From: Vicugna vicugna
Taxonomy: Eukaryota
Direction: 5' to 3'
DNA length: 64,000 nt
NCBI GenBank assembly: GCA_013265495.1
Contig: MU058221.1
Location: forward strand, 868,001-932,000
The notes below the pieces were generated by a model. The model had not been told where the DNA came from, searched no databases, and saw only the letters and a program-made list of their open reading frames with translations. Every line of letters begins with the position of its first letter. Position 1 is the stretch's first letter. The translations under genes were made by a program, and so were the position numbers. Below are positions 11,122 to 24,247 of this stretch, in pieces.

Positions 11122-11745
11122 TGAGACAGGAAAGGGGCAGGGCACAGCCGTTCAAGGACCGCCACAGCGTTTACATCAAAACAGTGGAAGATTCAGCCCC
11201 CAGGAGGCCCTGAGGCTCAGGCTGGTGGGAGATCTGACCTCCTTGAGCTTCATCACACGCTCGCTGTAACCTGTTAGCACATGAACAACACGCCCACAGG
11301 CGCCAGGGCAGCCCTGAGGCTGGTCACCAAAGGTCAGAGAGGGGGAAGCGGCCTACTTCCTGGGAACCCCAGCCCCTTCCCCAGGCTGGTTAGACGGGTC
11401 CTTCCACTTATTAGTGTACGGAGCTACGAAGCCCATAAAAACCAGCAACACGGCGCCTCGCGGCCGCCCCTCTCTCTCCCCTTTCAGAGACACCCGTGCT
11501 CTGTCTACGGAGTGTGTGCACCTGCTTTTCCTCTAATCTGGGCACCCAATCCCCACACCTCGTGGCCTTTCTCTTGCCTTTCAATGTATCTCTGAATATA
11601 TCTATCTTCACGCAACTGGGGCTCGCTCTTGAATTCTTTCCTGCACGAAGCCAAGGACCCACACCTGGCGGGGCACGTCCCAGGGACTCCACCAAAGCCC
11701 GGGACATGGCCCTCCTCATACCCCACATCCGTTTTCCTTGCATCA
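11122..11745 (+). mobile_element. solo LTR, ERV1-class, copy 1 of 3 of the same family
   Basis: TGAGACAGG...TGCATCA termini, near-perfect 4-bp TSD aggc/aagc, end-to-end similarity to 53895-54537 and 55034-55657. Confidence 0.9.
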
Positions 11746-13299
11746 AAGCCAAATTTTAGCATGCAGGTGTGACAAAACTAAAAGCAATTTGGACTCTCCT
11801 AAATTCAGAGGCATTTTCCATCCTTAAAGCTGCCCTGTGAATACCGTTTCTTGGGGTCGCTAAATTCTATACTTTTCAGCCACTTAGTCAGATTAAAACA
11901 TGAAGACACGAATTCAATCCTTTACAGGTGTTTTAACTTCTTACTTTTCCTAAAACACAGCCGCTCCCCAGCAAGGGCGGGGTGACGTTGGCGAGTGCAG
12001 GTAAAATGGACCAGTACCATTAAAAAAAAAATGAAACCTACTAATAGCAGCTTATCCACAGTACGTGCTTTGAAAAGCAGGACAATTACTTCGGAGCTAC
12101 ACATGCAGACATTTCTGTGCTTGCTAACAGCTTCAGCTTTCTTCCGAATCGCTGTCAGCGAACCAGTGTTGCCCCCTGACTCCTTCCCTGGCTGAGAGAC
12201 CGGCTGTGAGACCAGGAGCCAGTTATTTTCCTGTATTTTCAGTCCCTCCTTAGGACACCGTGCTAGCCCGCAGTAACTTCCCTTAGAGAGGGAAGCCCTC
12301 TAGGACTGAGTTCCGCTGATCACACACAGGTAGTAGCAGAGAACCAATCAGGGAGAAGATAAGAAAAGTCATTTTCAAAAGACTGCATGGCTCCCAGGCC
12401 AGCAGAATGTGATTAGAACCTGATCAAAGTATTGATCATCTGGGAAATAGTGTATCTCTCTAAGGCGGTGTGACAGTTTGCAGGGCACAGAATACAAAGG
12501 AGGGTCGTACAGAAGAACCCTTGCAATCCTCGTTCCAGAGCTGCGCTGAGCCGAGAGGTGCCCTGGCCCAGGAATTTGATTCGCATCTTTTGTCTCTAGT
12601 AAAATCTTTGTGTGAAACCATCCCCAGTTTGTCTCATGCCTATGCCACTAAGCATTTCAACCCATCCTGTTACCCCCTGTCATATCAGGGTTCTCTGCTA
12701 AACAGACAGAACGATGCATGCCGTTGTCTTCCTATGTGCTGGACCATATGTGTTACCCTCTTATCAGTAAATACGTAAGCTGACACCTTGAATATAATGT
12801 GCCTTTCTGCAATGACCCGCTTGCCTGCAGGGAGAGTCTGCATCAAATGTACCTGATTCCACTGGCGGGGGTGGTTCCCACTTGAAATTTCCGGGCTGCC
12901 ATAGTCATGAGCTTCACTGAGGTGACACATGATTATTAAGGAGGGGCTGACCAGTTCCTGAGGCGGCCAGGCTTAGGGCCAGACTCAGGAACGCAGCAGA
13001 CTCCTGTGTGTCACGCCCCCCACCCGGCTCCCCAGGAGCCAGCGAAGCCGGCCGGCCCAGGAGCAGCTCCCCTTCACTGCGTCCTACTCTGAACTTTCCG
13101 TTTTCTACCCCTGCACGAAAGCTCCAAATGTCTCTACCAACGTAAATCATGTTTTCTAACTGTAAAGTGACTTTAAAAAGTCTTTTTTCTTACAAAGGAA
13201 CTAACTGTTTCACATAATCACATCCAATCACAGCATATTCTAGGAAAGCGCAGTGGGTAATGATGATGCAACAGGGCAGGAACATCTTTCCTGGAACCT

Positions 13300-13592
13300 A
13301 CAAAGGGCGTATATTTGAGATTTCATACTACTTCAGATTTTTAGAAAAGTAATTGACTACATATTCTATGCATTGCCTCTTTTATCTCAGAGCAGTCTGA
13401 GATACACCCTAAAACGAAATTCATTAATGTTTTTTCAGATAAGTGTAAGGATGTCTCCAGGAAATGGGACAAATCAAGGTTAAAAAGAGAGCCATGTAGG
13501 TTTAAATCAAGTTTTGATGTTTGATGATAAAATGAATTTCAGGTTCCAGAATGCGTGGATTTCGGAATTATGATTAAAGGATTGTGGACTTT
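13300..13592 (-). mobile_element. ancient Tigger-like DNA transposon fragment (MamRep434-like)
   Basis: terminus ggatttcggaattatgattaaagggattgtggac resembles the reverse complement of the recalled MamRep434 end. Confidence 0.4.
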
Positions 13593-14299
13593 TAACAATA
13601 ACCAACAAGCATCGAGTGAGTTCTCATCTTATTTTTTTACAACACACTCATAAACTAGGTGATTTCTTACTACATATAAATACGGAGGAATCAGACTCAA
13701 AAAGCATTTCAGTGATGTGCCCAAAGACACACAGTAAGTTGCTGTGGGCTTAATAAAAGCCACTGGCTTTGTCCTTAAAGGTGGTACCACTCTTACTCCA
13801 AAAGGGAATTTGGAAAAGATGGTCAAGTTAAATCTTGCCGCTCCCTCCTCACTTTGTCCACTTAGAAGCGGCTAAAAGTAGAGACCATGAAGTCGGACAG
13901 CTTGGATTGAAATCTACCTCAGAAAACCTGGGTGAAGGCACTGCCAGCTCCCCAGGGCTACCTTACGAAGTGGCTGACTGACGGTGTCTACGATGCAGCG
14001 TTGTCAGATGCCCGAAAGAGTGCCCCCCGGTGACCCGGCACAGCGCGTTCACAAGGGGCCCTGGGCGGCTTCAGCGCTGCCCTTGCAGAAGGTAAGCAGA
14101 AGCCCACGAGGCTCAGACGGCTCCTCACCCCGGCCCCAGACCTCATCGCTGACCCCGAAAGACCAAGCAGAGCCGCAGACGTCTTCTCTGTCCACCATTT
14201 CCCCCCAGTATTCCCATATCAGCAACGAGCGCTCCCCAGACTCAAGAAAAGACAAGGGCTGGACCTCAAAGGTGCGCCCCGTTGTGTGCTGTGCACAGC

Positions 14300-16375
14300 C
14301 TCATCTGCGTCCCACCCCATGTGTTCTTCTCAGAATACGCCCTCGTCAACAGACACCCCGAATTCCTTTCTCCGCCTTCTTTTCTGATCCCACCGCCTTC
14401 GTGAAATCGGCTGCCCTTGCATAAACCCGATTGCTCGGAAATCTCCGCCAACAGTAGACGCCTTCCCTTTGTCTCTTTCCTCCCGTGCCAGTTCACAGAG
14501 ACTCAGGTGCACGCAGGCGTCCTCCTTATTCCCGGGCTGCACAGAACAGGAGGCATCAGACAAGGGCAGGGAACGCTCTGCCCACGTTTTCTGTACCTTC
14601 ACTTCCAGGTGTCATTCCTGCTTCTCCCCGTCTCTGTGATGAGTCCTCCGACAAGGACGAGAAGCCATCTCTTCTAGCAAACTTGACGATGTGAGTCAGC
14701 CGGTTTTCCCAGTCTCCTCCCCTTCCTCCTCCCAGTTTTTTTTTTTTCCCTCTTGCTGTCACATCGGACACTTCACTTGCACGTGCTGTTACGTTCCCTC
14801 CGAACAGCGCGGGGCTGGTGCCTGTCTCCACACCCTTCCAGCCGCGTCCCTGCTGTCTGTTCCCTGCGCTAGCAGAGCCCCTCCAGGAGGATCTGTAAGC
14901 ACTCTCTCCACGACTTTTCTCCCGTTCTCCCTCGAGCCTCACCCTCGTTTTCACAAGGACCAGGCCAGGTCGATTCCATTCTCCTCGAAATACTTTCTCT
15001 ACTTGCTGGCATAACGCCATATTCTTTGCCTTTTTTGTTAACCCCTCCATCATGTCTAATGTCTATTCTGCCTTCTCACATTTTTATTACTTGTTTATTT
15101 ATTTTGCTCAACTGCCTACCCTGCATAACTGAACCTACAACGCGGTCTAACGTCGGCAGCTGAGGAACTGGCCCGACAGTTCCCCAGGCTTTCCAAGGCT
15201 GACATGCTTACAACCGGGGACATTCTTATTTCTCTTTCATCTCGCAGCTCATCCGTCAATACATGTAGTTGGTTTACATCTCAGAAAAGCCGTTTTCCAC
15301 CACCTGCACACCACTGTCTAGGCTCAAGGCCGAAACATTCACCTGCGTAACTGAGGGAAGTTCCTGGCGAGTCTCTCTGCTTCTGTTCTTGCTTCATCTG
15401 CCCACTGTTTTGCCGCATGTTTACACAGAGCAGCCAGAGAGGGACCCTGAAGATGTGCCACATCACGCCACTCCTCTGCCGAAAATCCCCCAAATGATTC
15501 CCTCCCTGGAATACACTCCGTGGGGGGGCTACATGATATTTCACGGGTGCCAACACACACTTGCTGAGTATCTGCCATCTTCAGGGCTCTGTATTATGGT
15601 GGTAGATGAGGGAACAACTAGTCATTCTGCTCATAAAACGAGTACACACTTTACCTTTCGGGGTCACTATCCTCACACAGGACCACGTAATTACGTCTTA
15701 GGTTCCTATCCAACCATTTCCATGTCTCACTCTTTTTAAGCCACTCCCCACACTGAGCCCTGAAACTGCTTTTCCCATCTGATCACCCCATTTTCGTGCT
15801 GAAACCCGCACAAGGACTTCCTGCTAACCGCAGGTAGGTTTTAAAGCTCCTCACCTGACCAGGACACACTCTGAGCAATCAGTTTGCCTTTCCCTCCCGA
15901 CCTTTCAATCCGACTCCTCCTTTGCTGCGCGCCCGCCCCCAGAACACCCCTCCACAGCCGCCTTGGCTTCAGGGTTCTAATCCTGCGGAGCTAATGGCAG
16001 CCCTCTGGTTATTGTCTCTGATTTTATAGATATGTATTGATCATCGTGGTTCTCTCTATCCAAATCCTTCCCACCCCCTTCTCTGCTTTTTTTCATCCTG
16101 GTAACTCCTGTTTTAAGGTCTCCTCTCAGAATTCCGTAGCAGTAGAAGGTCTGCGGCCGTCAGTCCCCGGAGGCTGACTGGTTCACGCTCCTGTGAACAG
16201 CCACAGTACCCCGAGCTCGCGCCCCGAGGTCACGTGTTGCTCACCCTCCTGTGAGGCCAGGATCTATGTGTTGCTTCAGGTGGATTTCTAGTGCTTAGCA
16301 CAGTGCTTGGAGTAGAGTGAGTATTTAGTATTTACATAAAGAGGGGTGAATAAGTGGATGAATGATGAATAAGAA
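14300..16375 (+). mobile_element. long degraded LINE-2
   Basis: pyrimidine-rich L2 body ending in ctagtgcttagcacagtgcttgg...gaataagtggatgaatgatgaat; 5' boundary uncertain. Confidence 0.55.
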
Positions 16376-16461
16376 ATAAAGGAAACTGGGAAGACTTCAT
16401 ATATATTATAGAAACATATATAATTAAAAATAAAACAGCTTCACCATCAAATATATTGACC

Positions 16462-16702
16462 TTTTATTTCTTCTTTTTTTTTTTGTTTTTTTGCTCCACT
16501 TAATAACTGTTTAATTAATCATTTTAACTGTTGTTCAGTGGGGCCGGGACTTGATAGGTCCTAGATAACCCTAAGATAGATAGGTGCCAGGCCTTCGGTA
16601 ACTGAGGCCAGTCTTCGATAAAGTGTCCCTTTTTGCCATCGTCATCTTTGAAGCTTAATCCTACCCTAACCTGGACCATATCTAATGCAACGGTCAACAA
16701 CA
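16462..16702 (-). other. unclassified polyadenylated retroposed fragment
   Basis: T-rich tract 16462-16492 (A tail on minus strand), ATTAAA on minus strand at 16510-16515, body not recognised. Confidence 0.4.
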
Positions 16703-17281
16703 AATGGAACTAATGATTGTTGTTATTATTTTAATAAGGAAATGCATCTTTTTTCCCATTTATAATAGAAACAGACATGTCTTTTAGGAAAGGAAACTTA
16801 GTTTTTTTCCACACTAAGAGGAAGAAAAATGTTTATTATACTTCTAAAATCATTCTATAAAATGTCCTGTAGATGAATATAATACACTGTCATTTACCGT
16901 TAAGTTTTAAAGGATCTGTCTGGGCAGCAACATGAGTCAGTGAGTAAGAACCTCACCTGGATAAAGAAGACAATACGACTTCTTTTCTAATTTATTGTTT
17001 TCTGTAGGAAAGTAGTCCTGAGATCAGCTCTTGGTACAGGGATGTTGCATGATGGCTTTCTGGTTTCTGAGTCAGCTATCCACTCTACTTTAAAATATTG
17101 TCACATAACTAATTCATAGAAATGAAAAGCTAATATTAGACGGCTGGAATTGTGTGCAGGTGAAAAAGCTTGCTCTAGGTTGTCGCTGTTTTTAACTCCC
17201 CCATCATCTTTCTTCAGATAACTGCGACTTATAACTAGCAAAGAGTTTTATTCAGTTGGAAGTGTCAGCATTTTACAGGAT

Positions 17282-17774
17282 GGGAACACCGCCTTTGACT
17301 GTGTTTCAGTTTCTTGCATTTCACATATACTGCTTTTTTTGCAAATTGAAGGCTTGTGGTAACCCTGCCTGCAGCAAGTCAGCGGGGGCCACTTTTTCCA
17401 GCAGCGTTTGCTCGCCTCCTGTCTCTGTCACATTTCGGTAATTCTTGCGATATTTCGAACTCTTCCATTATTGTTATCTTCCTTACGGTGATTTGCGGTC
17501 AGTGACTTTTGATGTCACAATTACAAAGTGATTTCTCGCTGAAGCCTCAGGTGACGATTATCATTTTTTACCAAGGAAGCATATTTCAAAACAAGGTATA
17601 AACACTGTGTTTTGGGGCATAAGGTAATTGCACACTTAACAACCACAGTGTAGTGGAAACACAACTTGTATATGCACCGGAAAATTAAAAAAAAACTGAG
17701 ACTCATTTTATTGTGATATTTACTTTGTTCCAATGGTTTGGAACTGAACCCACAATATCTCTGAGGTACTCCTG
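17282..17774 (+). mobile_element. Tigger1 internal-deletion derivative (non-autonomous, Tigger1a_Art-like)
   Basis: Tigger1 left arm (caaattgaaggcttgtggtaaccctg...gtcacatttcggtaattct) fused to right arm (cgctgaagcctcag...ggaactgaacccacaatatctctgaggtactcctg). Confidence 0.85.
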
Positions 17775-19064
17775 GAGTGATGCTGTAATTTAAAAAAACG
17801 TTTGCTAACTTTACGACTTTCTCTGCTGGCCACTACATGTCAAAAAACAGCACATTTAAATCCAATAAGCGCAAGAAAAACGTTTTCTGTTAAGCAAACT
17901 TAAAGAGGCAAGAAAGGCGCTTAGAAGGAGAGGAAATGCTGGGAATGCACATACAGTAGCTAATTACCCTGTGCAACAGATCTAGCCCAGTAACAGCTTG
18001 GCCTCTGGGGGCTTAAGCTTAGTGATTTTTCAAACAGACAAATGAGATTTAGGATTTTCTTTCAACACAATCAAAACGTCCAGATTTCTATAAGAAATTG
18101 TTAAGCCACAGCCAGATTCATCAAACCCAGCCCCATGCTATCTGCCTCTCTCCCAGGAGTGGTGGGAAAGCTAATTAAAATGGCCACAGGAAACTTCTAA
18201 AACTAGGTAACTGCATGAAATAAAGGCCAAAAAAGTAACATTTTTAATTAAGCAACAGGAATGATTGGGTATCTTGGATTTAATGTTTCTAATATTTTTC
18301 ATAAACCCCTTTCCTTCCTCCTTTTTAAATAATTGAACTTTCATATTATTGGTAAAGGTGTTGCCACTTTTTAAGGTAAAACTTATAAACTTATTAAACA
18401 CTCTGCATTCAGCCTCACTAAATAGCAGGTGTAAGCCACGATTTAACTGACTTTTAATGTAATTTTAAAAGTCTAACATAAAAACTCAGCTTCCACAGAT
18501 GTTTGACTTGAAAGCTTCCACTTACCAATCTCTCTCTAATTGCAACCGAATTAATAAAATTTACTTTGATTTATGACGGGAAAAATGCTCATTTCGACTT
18601 GGCTGCCCTTCTGGGAATTACAGAAAAATCCACCAGCACTAACACTTTACTTCAACGTGCGGGTGGGGGTGGAGGAAGCCCCTGGACGTGGTGGACACCC
18701 ATGCAGGGGACCCCTCGCGCCACCCCAGCCCCCTAAAGCCCGGTCTCTGTTCTACTGGCAACATGTGTTTACCTGGAGGAGGTGCCGCTCTCGGACTCAG
18801 CACCGAGCCTCACGCCACCCCCTCAATATCCCGTCCTTCTTAGCCAGGGCCCTTGCCTCCAGCTCCCCTTTCAAATGCCACCTGGCTCACTCCGCTTTCT
18901 GCTCAGTGTTGATCCAGGGATATACCCTTCCAGGAACTGTCATCTCATCTGAAATTAACTTAGCAGCAGAGTCATTCCTGAAACTGAGGAGGCGTCGGCA
19001 GCTACAAATGGTAAGTAGCCTCGAACGTGAAGGCAGGGGTTGAAAGCCAAGAGTCAGGGCTTCA

Positions 19065-19365
19065 CATCCAGCCATCCCGCATTTTCCCAGTCTTCTTGCG
19101 TGACATCCCCGGGGTCATCTCTGAGGACACTGAGGAAGGAGGCGGTTTGGCCACACTCCCCTCAGGCTAGTGCGTCTCCTCCCCTGGCTCCACAGCTTTT
19201 ATTTCTCTCTGCCATCTTTGTGTGGACACGTGTCTGACTCTCACAGGAGACAATGAGCTTCTTAAGAGCAAGAGTAGCTTCCTTTCCTTTATCCCAATAA
19301 CAGAGCCTAATACTCTGTCCAAAGCCAGTAGGTGTGGGATAAATAAATGAAAGAATAAATGAATT
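19065..19365 (+). mobile_element. LINE-2 3' end
   Basis: gagcttcttaagagcaag...tttatccc...cagagcctaa...aataaatgaaagaataaatgaat tail. Confidence 0.55.
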
Positions 19366-20123
19366 ATGTATACTGACAAGCCAGCAGCATCACTCGTGTT
19401 TTGATAGACTGATATTTGCCATAGTAACCTCCTTGTCTTCAGTAGCTGGGAGGTGGAAGCAAAGGCAGGGAAGTCAGAGAGAAAAGGGTCTATCTGGGCA
19501 CCGTTCACTGGAATTTAGACCCAAAACTCAGAATAAGACAGTTATTAATCGAGTGCTAAACTGAGCAACCATTTACTACGTACTAGATTGTGCAACAGAG
19601 ACGTTCACATGCATCATCTCTTTGGTTAATGTTAGTTTTGGTGAGTAGTAAGAAAGTTATTTTTATTAAAACGATACTATATGTATTGCTATGAAAATTG
19701 ATGATCATCAGATCACTTTGCATGGTACAAACTGAGCTCAGATACCTTCCTTCAGTGCGATGAAATGATTTCCATTTTGTATAGAGAAATGCAGTAGAAA
19801 GGAAATTTTTTCTTGCTCTACATCCACAAATAATAAAGACAGAGACTGGAATACAATAATCTTGTATCTTAAAAAAATATGACCACCAGAAAATAGGCCT
19901 TTCCATTCTACTGGGAAAGGACGAAGGGAAATATACTGCCCAATGTCATGGGAGAAATAAATTCCGCTTCTGCAGGCTGCTGGTGCATATCCTACAAAAT
20001 TAACTACCGTAACGTTGATCAATAAAGCCAATCTTTTAAATAGATAATTTCTAATTGTAGAGGGAGTATTTATTCCTTAGACTTGGATTATCGAGCTCAC
20101 TTGTAATTAAAAGTAAATCTTAC

Positions 20124-20261
20124 CAAGAAAATCTCACAAAGGATTGGTATCTGCTCTTTTGCTTTGTAGTATTCATCGGGGAAGAGGAATTTATGCACAT
20201 ATGCCAATCTCCCATGCCTCTGTTTGAGAACAATTTGAAACAGGGACAGGAAGATACTTGG
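20124..20261 (-). other. candidate minus-strand exon (138 nt, frame-preserving)
   Basis: minus strand: tgtgtttattttttcctag|CCA...TTG|gtaaga; phase-0 frame fully open; no repeat recognised. Confidence 0.3.
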
Positions 20262-22247
20262 CTAGGAAAAAATAAACACAATTTATATAAAGCAAATAAA
20301 TTTATCTTTATATTATGTTTAGAAAGTGCCCTGAAATATTTTTTTATGTGTGTGAGGTCTAGTCACTACATGAAGCTTTTGAGAGCTGACTCTGATCTTG
20401 ACATGTTGATTCCAGACTGACAAATTGTGTTTGAATGACTTCTCTTTGATCTGAGGGTAGGTTCTGAAGACAGTGATCATGCCAAAGAACCCGGCAAGGG
20501 GAAAAAGAAAGGCACAAATGACTAACTATCTGTTCCTTCGGTTAAACCTGTAGCCTGTCCGTTCACTCTTGGTCAGTTTCAGGAGCGAATTTGTAAATCG
20601 AAGCCCGTAGGCGTGCACATCCGAGTCTCTGTTTCTACAACATTCAGAACACGTATCCACCCTTTTTAGGAAGCACAGTTTCCCATTAATATTTCCACTT
20701 TAAAAATCAGTTTTCAGCATTGATGCTTTTTATTCCCAGCCTTTAATCTTGCTTCCCAGTGTAGACCATTTGTCCCTGTGCACAAATGTTTATTAAGAGA
20801 ATGGTCTCTGCCGTGTGCGACACAGCATCCTGATTCCTTCCAGTCCCACAGAATGGGGATATTTGCTTCCGAATCTGCTACTGCACTTTAACTTCCAATT
20901 TAGTGATTCTTTGTAAATAGCTCAATATTTATCAATATTTGAAATATTTCCAGACATAGCTTTTCATAGACCAAATGGTATCAGGCCATAAATCCCAAGT
21001 TGAAATAGATTATTAAAAGATGCTGCTACTAATTAGGGCCTCCATCCATCTGTTAAGTTGAGACTTTAAATCCCTGAGAAATGCAATATAAAATCAATAT
21101 TCAATTTGCTGAAATTATATTCACAAATAATTCTCATCATGTTTTTCTTTTTTGTGAAAATAAGTAATTGCAGCAACTGAGGGCTTTGTTCATCAAATTA
21201 CCTGTGAGCCTATGTGTCTACAGAAGCCTCCCAACCTTCTTGTCAGGGTCAGGTGTCCCTCTGCTGTTAAACCCGGATTCCCCAGCGTGGTCCTTGTCAC
21301 TCTGAATTCTGATCGCTTTCTCACTCCTTTGTGTCCCCCATCAGACTGAAGCTCTTCAAAGGAAAAATTACGCCTGTTAAGTCCCTGGTGTCTGATACAG
21401 GTGTTCTAGTTCCTGTTTAATAAATGTTTGTGTGAAAAAAACTAGTATCAATTAAATAGTCAATTAGGAAAATAGGTAATGCATTACATGTGCACGTTCT
21501 GCTGTCTGTTGGCACTAAGGATTTCCACTTTTTGAGAAAATATTATAATTGAGGCAACTTTTATTGGGAAAAATATAGCTATTTTTATCTAATCATACAA
21601 ATAGCATTCTTCCACTAGAAGTGTGTGTTTTTTTAATAAACATTGAATTTTCATCAAGATAATTAACGGCAGAGAAAAGTGAAAACAATATTTTATCCTC
21701 ATAAGATCAGTATGCAAATTAAATATGATAAATATGTGAGAGTGTGTGATGTATTGTGTGTTTTAACCAATTGGAGGCGTTTTGGGTTGTCTTTTAGGAT
21801 GGATATCTGTTTGTGTTTTTGTGTGTGAGCACATGTGTGCTTTTACTTCCTTTAGAGTAAGTTTAAAAAAACAAGAACAAACGACTGACAAAGTTTCTTT
21901 AGTAAGAAATGCCATTTCTCAGCCTTTATCCTCTTACAAAATAAAAGTCAAACTATTTTTTAAGTAGAAGAGTCCTTATTTTTATCTTATCTGCCCTAAG
22001 TTGATAACAAGGCTGACTGAAAAACTTCGAGGAACAATGCTAATCAAACCAAGAGCAGAAGAAGAGAGGCATTTGCAACCCCCCGGTACAGCACTTCTCT
22101 GGTGGCAATCCTGTCCCTCCTCATCCCACTTAACCTCAGAATAAGGAAAGCGGAAAACGTCTGGCAACAGGGAAACTCTCACTTGGCTCCTAAAAGAAAA
22201 CAGCTCAGATCAATCCACCTGTCACTGCTAAACTTGTTCCACAAATC

Positions 22248-22250
<3 letters not shown>

Positions 22251-22280
<30 letters not shown>
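22251..22280. repeat. (AT)15 microsatellite
   Basis: direct reading. Confidence 0.95.
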
Positions 22281-22282
<2 letters not shown>

Positions 22283-22826
22283 CAGAAGTAAAAATAAGTC
22301 TCAGGTTTTAAAACATATTATAAAAACCAACCTACAAATAAATGGCAACAGAAGAGAAATTATCAGAAACTCCTTCAGTTCAGGTGTAACTGGAATCTGG
22401 TATTTGGAGAAGTGGGGCCAGCCATGTAAGTAGGGAGCCAGTTTCGTTGTGATTTGAAGGGTCTATTTTTAAGACCTCCCTGCCCTGAAGTAGCTCCCAC
22501 ACCGGTACTTGAAACCCCTATTAGGGATCTTAAGCCCTAAAGATTCTGGTCCTCACATTTTCCTATTAAATCAAGATTGCTTTACAGGATGTAACGCCGT
22601 GGGGAGCAGCAGCCAACACCTGACCAGGGAGCGCCTTCCCATCTGGCAGATAGCTAATTAAGTGCGACAGTTCCCATGGGAGCCTGCACTGAGGACGGGG
22701 TGCCCAGAAGGAGAACAGGAATGTGGACCGAGAAGGAAAGACACTAGAGAAACTTTGGTCAAATTTAAATTTGTCCTAAGGGCACATGTATTGGAGATCA
22801 GCGCCATGATGTTTCCCACTCACTAA

Positions 22827-23000
22827 AGCAGTGATTTTTAACCAGGAAGAGACGTCAGGATTGTCTGAGGTCGGGGTATTAAAACAGTGTCCTGAGCCCC
22901 CAGGCGGAGCTGGTGCATCAGACTCTCCGGTGGACAGACCAGGTCTGCACACTTAGCTCCCTCCAGGCGATTCTGTTACATACACCATCCCCATAAACGT
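22827..23000. mobile_element. MER5A-like hAT-Charlie MITE
   Basis: cagtgatttttaacc start, catcagactctccgg and ctccaggcgattctg motifs. Confidence 0.5.
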
Positions 23001-23710
23001 CTAGCAAGGCAGCTCCTTTGGGCTGAACTTCATTCAACCGAAGTTCATTGGAAACTGACTGTGTAGAAGGAACAGTGTGGAGGTAAACACGAATGTAGCA
23101 GACAAAGAAGACATGGATTTTAATTCCAAGGAGATTATAATCTACCAGGAATAATAAATCACAAGCATTAGAAATACAAGGCATCGTCTACTAAGGATTA
23201 TAATAAACGTTGCAAATAAAATGCAAAGTGAAACGTTCAGGAAGGGCTTCCCGGAGCATGTGTTCAGGCCCCTACTTCACTTCCCCCACCTTCCCCTGGC
23301 CCCTCGCAAGGGACTCTCATGGCAGCCCAAACCATGGCCTCAGTCTCCTCTGTGTCCCTAACTGATGTTCAGCTCAAGACCACAAGCCACCGCAGCAAAG
23401 CCTGAGGGTGGGGCGGGCCCCAGAGTCCAGTCCCTTTCCCTCGGACCGTCCCGGGAGAGGGCAGCCAGGCCTTCAACCCCAGGGCCTTGGGTCTCTCCTG
23501 TAGCACTCACCTCATCGCTGGACCAGTGAGTTCATTTAGCCGGTTTGCAGAAGGTTCAGGCTCACCTGCAGCTGTGCATGCCCGGCTCTGAAGATGGAAA
23601 TGAATCAAGCCCCATCCTGACTGTTGACGGTGGAGTCAGGTTTTAGGTTCCGGGGCCTCACTAGCCCCTTGCTTCTCTCACTTTATTTTAAGAATGAGCT
23701 CCTGTGGACC

Positions 23711-24247
23711 TGTTAGGTAGTCAGACAATTGGGGGCATCGGGCAGATAAGGCGGAGGAGAGGGAGGAGGGTCCGGAAGATGGAGTTGTGCCTGCCTTCAG
23801 CATAAAGGGGCTTTAATTCCTCTGAACGAGTGCCAGCAAGAAACCGGTTAGAACCGGACAGCCGTGGCTGTGAGGCAGCGACAAGGCCCCCACTCAACTG
23901 GACGTGACTCAGTGCTCATTGTAATATAATTAGCATTGCGGTTTAGGCCTCCCCATGGGTTTTTCTGTGTTCATGTACAAAAGGGGACAAACATGACTGA
24001 GCCCTCCAGGGTCAGGAGCCGTCCATCAGTCAAGAGACCACCTCCAGGCGAGCGTGTAAGAGGAGGGGCAGACACAGACCACCACTGTCTGCCCTCCGAT
24101 CAGCCTGCCCCCCATTCTTGGAGGTGTGCCTTCCCTTTGTTAAATAAAACCTTTAACATCTTTCACTACACAGTGCTTCCATCTGAATTCTTCTCTTCCA
24201 GGTAAGACAAGACCTGGGGTCTTTTCCCTTCCCCTTTTGGGGTAACA
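23711..24247 (+). mobile_element. solo LTR of a second ERV family
   Basis: TGTTA...TAACA inverted termini, AATAAA near 24142 followed by U5-like tgaattcttctctt...agacaagacc; TSD not clean. Confidence 0.8.

Noticed and set aside
11281..11762. Apparent small protein family shared with ORFs at 54-55.5 kb (EEGHVPGFGG..GTCPAR)
   Set aside because: The similarity simply reflects the three homologous LTRs; frames and stops differ between copies.
13984..15739. 146-165 aa ORFs
   Set aside because: They lie in or next to degraded MIR/L2 sequence, with low-complexity composition and no recognisable homology.
18934..19010. Plus-strand exon (GTVISSEINLAAESFLKLRRRRQLQM) in phase with the 4091 donor
   Set aside because: Good donor, but 15 kb away with nothing beyond phase compatibility, which has a one-in-three chance.
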